NCBI RefSeq assembly: GCF_009914755.1
Contig: NC_060942.1
DNA: 64,000 nucleotides
Strand: one strand, 5' to 3'
Source of the DNA: the human T2T-CHM13v2.0 reference genome, Homo sapiens
This document shows, piece by piece, positions 14,581-27,575 of this stretch (within the stretch, counting starts at the first letter, position 1; every line of letters starts with the position of its first letter). A model generated the notes under the pieces. That model was given only the letters and a program-made list of their open reading frames with translations. It was not told the origin of the DNA and did no database searches. Position numbers and translations under genes: made by a program.

Positions 14581-14694
14581 CTACTTTTACTAAGAAGATC
14601 AGGTGATGTTGCTGTGTCAGTAAATCAATATTTGTGAAAATTGGCAGAGCATCATCTACTAATAATCCAGTTATCTGAAATACTGAAAATTAAA

Positions 14695-14735
14695 GTGTGT
14701 GCACATGCACACACGCGTGTGTATGTGTGTGTGCT
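14695..14735. repeat. Mixed TG/CA alternating purine-pyrimidine repeat
   Basis: GTGTGTGCACATGCACACACGCGTGTGTATGTGTGTGTG seen directly. Confidence 0.75.
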
Positions 14736-17299
14736 CATGCACATGGGTATATGCCTGCATGCCCTGTGGTGATGATGGTGCTGCTGGCAGTGTGGGGTGG
14801 TGGGGTAAAGTGTATCCTCTGCCTCAGTGGCAGCAATGTGAGGAACTCTAGCCCCAGTGCCTGAGAAACACCTGCTGCCTGGCAAGTGCACAAGAGAGTT
14901 TGAATAGAGAGATATATAACGACGAAGATGTAATGGAGAAAACAAGGGAGGGAGGACAGGGCACAGAGGGAATAACCACCTAACATTAATTTTATTCTGC
15001 CCATTTTTTTCCTAATGGCCTAAAAAAATGCCATAACTATACAGCACATTTCTAAATACGTTAAAACTTCCTCTTTCCTCATAATGAGTCATTTGTACTG
15101 AACAAAAATAATAGGCGAGTGAATGAGAAAAGTCCTGAAACATGGGATGTAAGAGTAATAATAGAAAAACTCTGTAGCTTCAGAATCTGCCTGAGGGCAG
15201 ACTCCCCAGTCTATTTAAATTATCTAATTATTTTACATCTCAAGCTGGATATTTGCCATATATGACCCAAGAAATCAATATATGAATTAGCTGTGAGAAA
15301 GAGAGAAGATGTTGAAAAGAAAATGTTAAAAGATGGAGTGTAACAGTTGAAAATCTTTGTGATCCCATTTTTCAATCTGTCAATTTATATATCCAGCACA
15401 AAAACAATGCGTCATTTTGTAATGTGCATTATGTGTGACAGAAATGAGTAAAATCATAGTAAAGATAAAAATGATTATAATTTAGTTTCTCCTTACAAGG
15501 GCATTATTTCCTTATGGTATTTTTTTAACTTGCTATGCTAATTCTGGTTAATGAAAGTATAGTAATGGGATTAGATTCATCTCATCTACTTTTTTAAAAT
15601 AATTGAAGGAGTGTTGAGCTTGATTTTATATAGTAAGATTCCCTTGGACCTTGTGACTTCAAGCAGTTAACTTCTCTTCTGCTTCCTCCCAGGGTAGATT
15701 ATGTGAAGATACACTAGTTACAGATCTAGGAAGAGTTATTAAAACACAATAGATTTCCCAAAAAAAGAAAATCAAGGAGAAGACAATAAAATTTTATAAA
15801 ACTATTTTTTAAAGAATAAAACAGCTTTTCTCAAAACCTAAATATGTCATTTCCATTGGCAATCACATATTTTGGAAGTGGTTTATTTTATATGACAGCA
15901 TTCAGGATACATTCATAGAGATTAGCTGGTGATTATAAGTAAGTTTTTCTAGAGTCGAGGGAGACAATTGCATGGGTAGGGTGCTAGATGGTCTTCTGCA
16001 TGACCATTAATGTTTGTGTAGTAGGACTCTCATTTTTCAATGCCAAAAATTGTCATGTAGTCAGTATTGTGCTAGTACTCGAACAATCCTCTCAACTCTG
16101 CAGAACAATGCCTCTTGTGAGTAGAACTTTGGCATATAGATGTCCAGAAAACTTTCCCAACTTTATGTGAATAGTAAATAATAAAATTTGACTCTCTGTG
16201 TCTCATTGAGATCAGGAATGCAAGAGGAAGATAAGGTTACTAAGAAGAGCAGAAAGCAGTAAATTGCAAAGGGGGTGTAGAGAATTACTGAGCAAGTGTG
16301 GGATGAACAAAGACAACAGAAGTGGGTTGGATTCTATTCTGTGAAAAATAATTGCAGAAATAAGAGCTAAGAAAACTTGCCTCAAGGTTCTTCTCAGAGA
16401 TCTGAGGTGAAGTTATTTCTTTGCTGACACAGATAAATAACCAGGCTGCTGCCAAGCTAAGACGATGTTGCCTTTGTGGTGGAGTCAGCAATGTGAATGC
16501 TTACTTTGGGGTAACACATCCATCACCATTGAGAAGTTGCTGTGTGCCTTCTCCAAGCCCCAGTCAGGTGTAGCGCCCTCTTGGGCATACCCACGCCCAG
16601 GTCCCACCCCATCCTCTGCCTGCCACAAATTGCTGAACTTAGTTGGAGTTAATTACCACAGTGCTCTGAACAGAACACCATCCTGCTCTGTTTACAGGAG
16701 AAATCAATGGGGCGATAAAGTTGGCAAAATGAGACTGCTTTTCTTTCATTCTGAACTTCTTTAGATTGTCACAGAACTTAGACACTCCTGTGGACATTCA
16801 AATGGGCTGAGAAACTATGGCCTGCTTTTAGCTATATCAACTATGGACTGGGAAGCGAGATTTTTATCTCTAGTTGAAGATTTTCTGTCACAGGGGACTG
16901 GGCCAGACCAACAGCCCCACCTTGACAAATATGTGAGAAAACCACGAAGAATTCAGAAAACTTCTGGAGCAACAGTTCCCACTGGAGCCTTTTTGGTCCT
17001 GAGATTGCTGAGATCTAAATAGCTGACTTATTTTTCACGGTTTGTTTTTTCCCCCCAGGCCTCTACCTTAAAACCCATAGGTAAAAATGCTGATTCAATC
17101 TTTTGCGTAATCCCTGTATTTGTCCCCAAATTTCTGAAGCTTTCCTCTGTGACTCAGCCCTTTCCACTGCTTTAGATGACTTCAAGTTCACCTTGCGCTT
17201 ATGAGACTACCCTTCATGAGTCTACGTAATGCCAATACAGTAACATTGCCGGGCTAACATGTTAGAATCATTTGCAGAATAATTATAAGAATGTAAGAC

Positions 17300-17490
17300 A
17301 ATTGCTACTGAACCCATAGTATGTAACAGGCTTTACATGTATTAACTTGTTTAACCTGCACAACTGAGATAGAGTCTGTTACCTTTGCACACTTTACACA
17401 TGTTTAAACTGAGACACAAAGGAAGTCAAATCCCCTTCCCAATGCCACACGTGTGGTACTCAGTACAGCCAAGATTCAAACATTCCAGAG
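17300..17490 (-). mobile_element. MIR fragment
   Basis: CTTTACATGTATTAACTTGTTTAACC...AAACTGAGACACAAAG...CCAAGATTCAAA follows the MIR core. Confidence 0.65.
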
Positions 17491-18837
17491 CAGCATATAC
17501 TCAAGTGAAAAAGTTACTGGAATTCAGAGCTGGGAAAGAAAATTCATATGTAAGCATTATCAGAAAAGCTTAATTGAGAAGCTCCAACTTCTGCTAGATC
17601 GTAGGCTGGCAGAAGGGGATGAGGACACCAGAATAAAGAAAGAGTTTGAATTAAGAGATTTTAAAAAAGAGTATAAGGTCTAGCATATAAGAGTCAGTCC
17701 GTTTGAACTGGAAAATTTCATTTGTATACTAGTTAGCATGATAAAATAACATAATAAAGAATATGATTATTACCTGGAAATTTTAGACGGAATGGCTAAA
17801 TTACATCAACCATTCAGGGGCTTGAGCGAAGTGATTAATGAAAGTCCTGATGGATGAAGAATAATCTGACAGCTGTGACAGAAAAAACTAAAGGAGAGAA
17901 ACAATCTTAATTCATGGGTGATAGGATTTGAAAGAATGGTGGCTATAAGAAGTTAGTTCTAAAAAACTAAGTTCATAGGCATATTTTTAAGGAATAAATG
18001 AAATCCAGAATGATAAATAGTGAGTGGAAATAAAAATTAACATGCCTTCTCTATTTTGAATTTAGTAAAGAGGAAAACTGAAGCATTGTCTCTAAAAGTT
18101 GGAAACATATGGTTAAAGTACAGGTAAGAAAATTATTAATTTACTTTATATGACACATGCCTTTAAGTACTGTATAATTTATCTATGAGTTATTCTTAAT
18201 AGGATATAGAAACAAAGAAATATTAATTAAAAGAATATGGCTGTAAAGTCAACTTGTCCACTAGCCATTTTATTCAACAAATAGTCATTGGATGCTCACT
18301 CTATGTCAGATGCCAGGTCTTAGTGATGCCAGTCACTAAGCATACACCACTGAACAAAATTCCAGCTGACTGTCCTCAGAAGGATGATAGATGTCGAATG
18401 AACCAGGGTGACAGACAAGGAAGAGCCCCATGTCTTGGGGACAATGAGGTTAAATTGATACTGCTATGAGAAATTATTTCTAGTCAAGACAAGAGTATTC
18501 CAAGAAAAAAAAAAGATAATTTGGAGATTGACTAGAGGGAGAGGTGAGGAAAAGGGAGGAGTCAGTGATGACTCTCCACTGTCTATGTTAAGATGGGTCC
18601 ATTTGCATCCATCAAGGAGGACCACGTTTGAATGGGAAGAAATAATGATGAGTGATAAAGAAACATAATTTCTCGGTATTGGATGCTTGTAGAATAAGAA
18701 TAGAAAAAAATATATATGAATTAATTAATTAAATTGTATGCCACTGTAAACTTTGGAAAAATTACATATATTCTGAAGAACAATGAGAATACTGAAATAA
18801 GTCATATATAGTTACCAAAATTTTATATTACAAAAAT

Positions 18838-18990
18838 GGCAGCATAGTACATGCAAAAAAGGCTCATGGACTAAGAGAGACACCAGTTCAAATCTCAGCA
18901 CTGATGAAGATCATAAATCTCTAAGTCTCACTGAGAAGAAATAGAAGCTAATAGTCCTACTTGGTTGGGATTTCTAGGGTATTTGATGCA
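18838..18990 (+). mobile_element. MIR fragment
   Basis: GGCAGCATAG...GTTCAAATCTCAGC...TAATAGTCCTAC pattern of MIR. Confidence 0.5.
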
Positions 18991-20288
18991 GCAGAACAAC
19001 ATAAAAACAGCATTTCCTTTTATCTCTTTATGTGTGGAGTACTTTAGCTCATCCTAATATTGAATAAAGTGGGAATTCTATTATTGAAAATCTGGACCTA
19101 ATAGAAAGCTGAGTTCTTATATATAAGGATATATTTAATTATTTTCTTATTCTATCACACACATTCCATAGAGAAGTTAGTGAAAACATACAACTAGTAG
19201 ACATTTAATAAATATTTATTTGCTGAGTTGCTATTAAATAGTAGATGAATTTTATAGATCATATTGTTATATCAGAATAGGAAAGCTCATAGTAGAGTGG
19301 GAGGTGAATTGTGAAACATGCAGTTTAAATTCACAGAGACAGTTGGAGATGGAATTTTAGTTTGAGTAATTGACATGAGTTAAGTCATGAAAACTAGAGC
19401 TTTAATGGATCTTGTAGGTAGGATGAAGGAGAAAGGCAGTAGAGAATGTACCAATTGCAGTGAAAGATATGAAAACATTATCCAAATAAATCTCCAAAGG
19501 CCTCTTTCTTTTAAATATGTATAACTTCTAAAATGGTATACATTTAATAATTTAAAAATTGACATTAGTTCAAATTACATTGAGCCTGATAGAGTTTTGT
19601 CCAGAAAAAAAAAAAATCCAGTTAAAATAGTTACAGTTTCACTAAACACGATCTTATGAGTCATATGAGAATACTTTTTTCTGTATTTATTCACCTCCAC
19701 AGAAAAAAAAAATATGCTATCAGGATTTACTTGTAAAAATTTAATTAAAAAGAATTAAAGATGAGTTCATTAGAATATAATAATCAGTATATATTTTCTT
19801 TCAAGTAGTTTTAATTTTTATTCTCAGCTAACTAAAAACTGGACTCTTCAAAATGATATCAAACAGTTGAAATATTTTTAGAATCTTTATCAGACATATT
19901 CATGCCCCCTGTGATCTCAGAGTCTGTATCATATCAAAAGAATAAATGTCCAGAACTTTAATTAGATCCTTTGAGGAAAACTTACATTTCTGGCAATGAT
20001 AAATGGTTGTACATACAGTTTTGAAGTTGTACCACATGTCCTTTCCTATGAAGAGAAAACCTAATTACGTAAGTTTATAGCATAAATTTAGAAAAGTTTG
20101 CTGTACTCCAGCTTAATTAAAGCAAAAAATTCCTACATCCATCAAACAGTATTTGATAGTGTATTTTGCATACCAATGGTATTACATCACATATGTGCAA
20201 ATGAAACCCAAAGGAAAGTATTGATCCTCATCATATATACTGTGGTCTGCTTCCTAAACTGTGACCTTTGAGGCCTACTTAAAATTCA

Positions 20289-20621
<333 letters not shown>

Positions 20622-21414
20622 TTATTAATTTGAAAGAAATTATGGGTATGGCACTGTTCCCTAGATTGATGACAACTGATAGACATTTTAAATATGATTT
20701 ATAAGTTAAATTGAAGAATTTATATTTTAATTTCAATTTAGAGAATTTTTCCCCAATTATTTTATTTTACCTTCCTCTATAACTTTTGCTTTACTTCTTT
20801 ACAAAGAAGTAAGTATCTGACGTTTCTTCTCTATAACTCATGCCCTCCTTCTGGGACCATGCACCAGATTGAAGACATCAGGACAAATACATTCACCGTG
20901 ACTCTTACTATAGTCATGATCTCACAGTTTAGAAGGATGAGCCATAAATCATATCCTCAGTTAATGCCATTGTTCTAAAAAATAAGTTGAGATGTTTTAT
21001 TACTAAAATTATATTCTGATAGTCTTTTCAGATGAGTAGAAACAGTTCTGTTGATATGCCAAATTTAGACAGTTCTCTAATACACTTTTCTTAAACTTTT
21101 GGCAGATGTTATTACGTATCCATCAAGAAGGGTTAGATGATAATTTAATTAAAAAACACACTGCAAGCACCTATTAATATTATTCCTGGGCTACGATTTG
21201 CATTAATTAAATATTTGTTGAATGAACAAATGGGAAAATTTGGGAAGAATCATGCTTAGCTGGACTATCTTTCAATTTTTCAATGAGCCCACGTCCTTCT
21301 GGTACATTTTACAAGAATTAATTCAAAAAGGAAATGATTCAGTAGACAGATTTCTAGCCCAGCAATTAGCACTGGGGATTTGGCAGACCACAGCCTCATG
21401 AAGCTTACAGTCTA

Positions 21415-21565
21415 ATGCATCTCTTCTCAAATTGTCATGTGTGTTTTGATACCTGAGGATGTGGATATTGTTAAAATGCAGGTTGATTAGGTCTGAAATC
21501 AATATTCTGCTTTCCCCAGGTGACTTCAGTGATGCCACACACTGGCCACACACTAAGGAGAAAGG
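21415..21565. mobile_element. MER5-like hAT fragment nested in L2 remnants
   Basis: TTGTTAAAATGCAG...CCCCAGGTGA motif. Flanks GCCTCATGAAGCTTACAGTCTA and ATGCTATGAAGGAGA are L2-like. Confidence 0.5.
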
Positions 21566-21869
21566 GTCTGGTAGGTGCGACTGACACTAATCATATAACT
21601 AACTAAACAAAGTGTAAAATTACAACCATGACAACATGCTATGAAGGAGATCAAATAACAGAGAATTTGTCCTGACAGGGAAGAGGAAGAAAGTCACCAC
21701 TGAGGAAGTGAAGAAGGAGTTGCCATCTGGAAAATAGAGGTTATGACGCAAGAAGGCAAAAGGAAGAGGATTCCGTGAAGAGAACAGGAAACAGGAAATG
21801 CAGGCATCCGGGCAACAGTAAAATCACAAATACAAATATGTCCTCTGACTAATGCACACCCACACACAC

Positions 21870-22330
21870 TCAAATGCAGAAAAGGGTAAAATTAGTTGCT
21901 TTCTCACATTGGATAACTTCTCAGGGCACAATCTCAAGATTGGTGATTCGATAAAAAATTACGTAATGTTTCACATGTCTAGACTTCAATCCATTCTAAA
22001 TGAATATTTTCCTTCTTTAACCAGTATTGTGTCTGGATTTTCTATCCATTTAACAGCACGACTTCTGTGCTGTTAAGTAGTTAAGAAACAGAAAACTGAA
22101 TAAGGAAATATGTGTGAGTGGAAAACATTTAAATCTAGCTTTTTCAAGTGATGACTTAATAAAATTCTGAGCAAAACTAGTGCATAATTACCCATATCTG
22201 GCAAAATAGACCCTCTGTAACATTGTGCTATATTACCACCTGTCTGCATGAAACTGGATTTTCAAATTAAAAATGTCTTCACTGAAACAGAATATAGAAG
22301 TAAATTGAATATAAAATTTAAAATATGCAA
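21870..22330 (+). pseudogene. Fossil hAT (Charlie/Buster-type) transposase C-terminal coding fragment
   Basis: Translation across frameshifts gives GKISCFLTLDNF...IKNYVMFHMSRLQSILNEYFP...WIFYPF...F*AKLVHNYPYLAK*TL...TTCLHETGFS...TETEYRSKLN. This matches the Charlie/ZBED5-type motifs YFP..WI.NPF, FW...YP.L, TTYLCE.GFS and K.K.R..L. Confidence 0.72.
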
Positions 22331-22534
22331 TCAATATCAATCATTATAATTGCATAATGCAAGCCATGCTTGTGAAATTTTTATTTTATATTATGCCATT
22401 TGGTAAGAAGATTCACCAGTCTAAATTATGGTTTCTTAAATTTTGTAGCACTTTTGGTGGCATATTTCATGTGGTAAAACTACTTGATGTTTCACAGAAT
22501 GGAGATAATATTAACATCATTAAGATTCCACAAG

Positions 22535-22594
22535 TATATTCAAGGAAGATTCTTACTTTTAGTATTAATATATTCAAGGAAGGTTCTTACATTT
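22535..22594. repeat. Two-copy tandem duplication, 34-bp period
   Basis: TATATTCAAGGAAG(A/G)TTCTTAC at 22535 and 22569. Confidence 0.8.
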
Positions 22595-23072
22595 CTCACT
22601 AATTGTGGGAAATGTCTCTTCTCTCAGTCTAGTACAGTATGTTTCGATTTCTCACCTAATGAAGACAACTTTTTCAGAGATGGAAAGTCAAATAAATATT
22701 CATCTAAACTCAAAAATTGTGCCCCTTTTCCCATGAAATCTCTTTATGGTCTACTAAAATATAAAAAAAAATATCAAAATAGGAACATCAAAATCTGAAA
22801 TTTTCAGATTTATTCCAACATGATTCCAAGACTACAATATTTATTTTGCTTATAAAAAATTTCAACATTTCTTATATTGTTGCCTTGTTGATTATCTCAT
22901 CAAAAACATAGAAAAGATCAGGATGTTTGCTGGTCAGGATGTTAACAGAAAGGGGTGCTGATCCAGACCCCTAAGAGAGGGTTCTTAAACCTCATACAAG
23001 AAAACATTAGGGATGAGTCCATAGAGTAAAGTGAAAGCAAGTTTCACAGGAAAGTAAAGGAATAAAGAATGG

Positions 23073-23433
23073 TGTATTGGTCCATTTTCAGGCTGCTGAT
23101 AAAGTCATACCCAAGATGGGGAAGAAAAAGAGGTTTAATGGACTTATCGTTCCACATGGCTGGGGAGGCCTCACAATCATGGTGGAAGACAAGGAGGAGC
23201 AAATCACATCTTACATGGATGGTGGCAGGCAAAGAGAGAGCTTGTTCTAGGAAACTCCCATTTTTAAAACCATCAGATTTTGTGAGACTTATTCACTATC
23301 ATGAGAACAGCACAGGAAAGACCCACCTCCATGATTAAATTACCTCCCACCAGGTTCGTCCCATGAAACGTGGGAGTTGTGGGAGTTAGAATTCAGGATG
23401 AGATTTGGGTGGGGACACAGCCAAACCATATCA
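23073..23433 (-). mobile_element. THE1A/B solo LTR nested in MER41
   Basis: TGTATTGGTCCATTTTCAGGCTGCTGATAAAG...CCAAACCATATCA. Perfect TSD AATGG at 23068-23072 and 23434-23438. Confidence 0.93.
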
Positions 23434-23559
23434 AATGGTTACTCCATAGGCAGAGCAGAGGTATTGGTTGCTCGACTGAGTGTATGTACCGTTATTTCTT
23501 GATTATATGCTAAACAAGGGGTGGATTATCCATGAGTGTTCTGGGTAAGGGGCAGGCAA

Positions 23560-23568
23560 TTCCCAGAA
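23560..23568. promoter_or_regulatory. GAS/STAT consensus motif TTCCCAGAA in MER41
   Basis: Matches TTCNNNGAA. A tandem partner at 23539-23547 has one mismatch (TTCTGGGTA) and another perfect site lies at 23846-23854. Function untested. Confidence 0.45.
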
Positions 23569-24094
23569 CTAAGGGTTCCTTCCCCTTTTCGATCACATAG
23601 GGCAACTTCTGGACGTTGCCATGGCATTTATAAACCTTCACGGCCCTAATGGGAGTGTTTTTAGCACGCTAATCATTATAAGTAGCATATAATGAACAGT
23701 GAGGATAACCAGAGGTCACTTTCTTTGCCATCTTGGATTTGGTGGGTTTTGGCTGGCTTCTTTACTGCATTCTATCAGCAGGGACTTTGTCACCTGTATC
23801 TTGTGCCGATCTCTTATCTCATCCTTTGACTAAGAATGCCTAACCTTCTGGGAATGCAGCCGAACAGGTCTCAGTCTTATTTTACCCAGCCCCTATTTAA
23901 GATGGAGTCACTCTTGTTCAAGTGCCTCTGACAAGGAGAAGAGAGGACTGAGACAATAATATCAGAAATATGAGAAAAAAAGAAGAAATGTGTGGAGACT
24001 AGAAGCCATGGTAGAACTAAAAGAGAAAAACACATGTTAAAGAAGGAAAAAGTTACATTTGCAAAAATTAAGCCATCAAACCCTTGGGTTTTTA

Positions 24095-24490
24095 AGGTAG
24101 ACTTGGCTGTGGTAACATATAGACACAAATTTTAGTGGCTTACATTTGAAAAGTTTATTTCTTAATCACAATCTTGGGAGGAAAAAATGGCTCATTGCTT
24201 CAGCCAGTGAAGCAACACTCACGACACTCAGTAACTCAGGGCAGAAACTCCCATTTGATGGTTTCACCAAGCCCTAAAATAACCCCTAGGTCATCTGCTT
24301 CCAGATGATCAAGGGACAAAAGAATGAAAAGCACCCTGTAGAGGTTTTCTGGGGCCCAGCCTCGAAGTGACACATTCTTTTACTCACATTTCATTGGCCA
24401 GATCTAATTGCAATGAAAGACAGGAAATGTAGTCCAGCTGCAATCCCCAGAAGAAGAGAAAAGGGATTTTAGCAAACAGATTTTCACCAC
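24095..24490 (-). mobile_element. Old MLT1 (J/K/L-type) LTR
   Basis: GCTGTGGTAACA...TTAGTGGCTTA...AGTTTATTTCTT and TCACATTTCATTGGCCAGA...GGAAATGTAGTC motifs. Confidence 0.65.
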
Positions 24491-26194
24491 AACTTTATTT
24501 TTGAAACTAACTACAAAGGTCACACCATGACATTAGGAAGCAGACCCGAGTAACACCGTATGACCCCCATATATGGTGCATTTAGATATTTTTTTTCTGA
24601 AAATTTGGGAACCCTATTTAGTACTCCACAATTTATTCCATTTTATTGTGTTAAAGAAAGATACTTAAACCTAATTATGGTGAGATATTCTGGAGCCCCA
24701 TATAAAGAACAATTATTTGCAAAGCTGAACTTCCCTTAAGTTAATGCTTTCCTCCCTTATTATTCCTTTCTCAAACATTCATTTTCTTTCTAAAATCTGG
24801 CAGAAGTCCTCTAAAATGCGTAATAACTTCATTAATTGCAAAAAGGGAGCCAGCTGGAATAATCTTATTCAATGACACAAAGGAATTTGTTACAGACTTC
24901 TGGATATCGGCGCACTGAGAGTTGGAGCCTGTTTTCTCCCATTTACTATGCAGGGAGAGTGTAACAGGATGTACCTTTGCTGGATATGAGGGAGTCACAT
25001 TTACGTTTGAGCTGACATTCTCAAACTCCAAAATGTCAGACAGCACAGATGCATCTGGAGCTCTTAAACCTGATATGCTGTGTGCCAGCAGCATATTCTG
25101 CCCAGATTAAAAATGCCTCTGACTGAGAATTAAAGGATGTGGATTGTTACGCTGTTGTATCAGTGAGACGGGGTGAATTGGGAGAATCTTACAGTATGAA
25201 AAGCAGACCCAGTGAAATACTGAGAAATTCGCTTTTTTGAGTCAGGGTTGACTGGACATCCAGAAGCCCATTGTGCCTGTAGTTAAAGAACTTCTCAAAA
25301 AAATTGCCAGTACGTGTCAAAGTTTTATTTCAAGCTTGTCATTAAGGGAAATTCTCCTGAAAAAGCCAATTCAAAATTCCCTGTTGGTAGAGACCAATTA
25401 CAGAAAGAAAAAAAAATCAATATAATCAGTTAGATTTGATACACAACATGATTTCTGATTTAGGATTATTAGCACAGACACAAAGCTGGCTAAAGATTGG
25501 TGTATCTGTCAATGTCAGCTGGGCGTGTAAGTCTCTAACTTCCCAGAAAAGGCTCTCGATTTTATTAATGTCAAACGTTGCTCAAGCGTTTTATCGAGAG
25601 TGCAGGGCTTTCCAGAGAGGACCCTCAAGCTCATTAAAAGTTCCTGCCTAGACCATTTTCACTTAGACTTGAAGAAATTTTCCCATATTGTATAAGCCAA
25701 GCTAATATTGATTCTTCTTTATGTTATCTCGGGTAGTTCACAGCTGCAAGTTTCAATTTCCAAGTAGCAGTAACAACTCAGTAATAGTGAGCCAGTGGCA
25801 TATGGAAGCTCAGTGTCTCAGCACCGGTTTCCCTGTTAGGATCCAAATGAGGTGATCACAATGAGCAGGGAAGGCTTCAATACTATTAAAAGTAGAAATA
25901 GGAATCTGATGATAGAAGTAGGAATTTGATGATAGGAATCATCGAATCATTCTGTGTGAGATAAGTACCTCTAAGTCTGAATTCTCCCTGAGAACATCAC
26001 ATAAATGACATCCTAGGCCTATTAACTAGAATTGAAGAAAGTGCAGGCTGTGTGAAAACCCCGAGATTATCACCCAATCACAATCCCAGCTAATATCCAG
26101 TAGTGAATTGTGGATGGGGCAAAGGGGGAGACAAAAACTTTTAAAAGACAAATTATTTTCAGTAGGGCACTTTGAGAAGACAAAGAAGAATAGC

Positions 26195-27052
26195 ATGCAT
26201 TTGTCTTTTCAACCCAGTGGTGAAGGCAACTGAGTGATACTTACCCAAGAAATGCATGCTGATGCACTGGGATGGGGAGGAAAGGTATAGGAATGAATCA
26301 AGCTGGCATGGCCTTTGCATCAGAAGGTTCAGGCACCTAGACTGGTCTGTGGCAGGGGTTCTCAGCACTACTGGCACTCCGGATCTGATCATTCTTTGCA
26401 AGGGGAGGGGACCCGTCTGTGAATGGTAGGATGTCCAGCAGCATCCCTGGCCTCTACCCATTAGAAGCCAGTAGCATCTCCCAGTTGTGACAACAAAAAC
26501 CATTTCCAGATATTGCTAAATGCTCCCTTGGGAATGAAAATGCCTCTGCTTGAGAAAGCACTGCTATAGAGGCTTATTATGGAAGGCTTCCCAGGGGACA
26601 AACCATTTAAGATAAAACCTAGCAGACAGAGTCTCGTGTGGGTAGCCAGGAAAGCAAGACAGAGTGCATGATATGACAAAGGTGTGTGCTTTGTGATGCT
26701 GGCTGTTGAGGATGAGAAAGGAAAGAGTGAAAGCTGGTGATGGAAACTCTGCAAGAGCCAGGTGATGAGTGCCTGTGTGAGTCGCATTAAGGAACTTCAA
26801 CTGTGTCCTAATGATAGTAATAGATTGAGAAAAGGATTCTTAACAAGGAGACCAATAGCAAACATAGATCTGGATTTTAGCTTCATCATGCTCAATTCAG
26901 GGCTTTGAATGAATGAGAGGCAAACAAGATGTTAGCAAAGCTTATTAGACAACTGATGTAGTTCTAAATATGCAATAATGGTCTGGACTATAACTAGCAT
27001 TTGGGAAGAAGAGACATGGAAAAATTTGAGCCAACATTTATGGCAAAATTTA
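26195..27052 (-). mobile_element. L2 fragment (split by MER20; continues after 29665)
   Basis: Purine-rich L2-like text such as GGAAGGCTTCCCAGGGGA and GGTCTGGACTA...GAAGAGACATGG. It resumes as TTGGGGTGTGAGGAAAAGGAAGAG after the L1 insertion. Confidence 0.6.
26353..26563 (-). mobile_element. MER20 (hAT-Charlie)
   Basis: CAGGGGTTCTCA...CAGCATCCCTGGCCTCTACCCA...GTTGTGACAACAAAAA...TTGAGAAAGCACTG, about 210 bp with inverted ends. Confidence 0.9.
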
Positions 27053-27219
27053 TAGAACTTGGATTTTTTTTTTTTTTTAGTTGTATAGACTTCATTTATT
27101 TCCAAAGTGACTTAGATCAGCACCTTTTCCCCCACACACTTCAGTAAGGTTGTTTCCTACACTTGGAATAGTTAGATTGTTTTGTCACATTCTGTATTCC
27201 ACCCTGTGATTCTCAGACT

Positions 27220-27575
27220 TCTTACATGATGTTTTGTTCAATTGGCATACATTACAGTTTACTCTTTGTGCTGTAAAATGTAGTGGGTTTTAATAATCAC
27301 ATAGTATTATGTATTCACAATTACAGTATCATACAGAATAGTCTCACTGCCCTAAAAATCTCTTGTGCACCACCTATTCAACTTTCCCTTTCCTTTCTTC
27401 CAAATCCATGCCAACCACTGATTCCTTTTCACTATTGCTAGATTTTGCCTTTTCCAGAATGTCATATACTTGGAATCACACAATATGTGGTCTTTTTAGA
27501 TTGGCTCCTTTCACTTAGCAATATGCATTTAAGATTAATTCATGCCTTTTCACGGCTTGATGTCATGTTTCTTTC
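27220..27575 (-). mobile_element. L1MC-type 3' fragment carried inside the transduced segment
   Basis: ACAGAATAGTCTCACTGCCCTAAAAATC...TTGCCTTTTCCAGAATGTCATAT...TTTCACTTAGCAATATGCATTTAAG. Confidence 0.75.

Larger units (their letters stand above)
22940..23933 (-). mobile_element. MER41 (ERV1) solo LTR, interrupted by THE1
   Basis: Right end GATGGAGTCACTCTTGTTCAAGTGCCTCTGACA is the reverse complement of the MER41 start TGTCAGAGGC. 4-bp TSD AGGA at 22936-22939 and 23934-23937. Confidence 0.9.

Noticed and set aside
17020-17086. Strong-looking splice acceptor (CTGAC...TTTTTTCCCCCCAG) with nearby GTAAAA
   Set aside because: An isolated signal with no partner exons identifiable. Such sites are common by chance.
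25890-25940. Short tandem duplication TAGGAAT(C/T)TGATGATAG
   Set aside because: An ordinary two-copy slippage duplication with no further structure.
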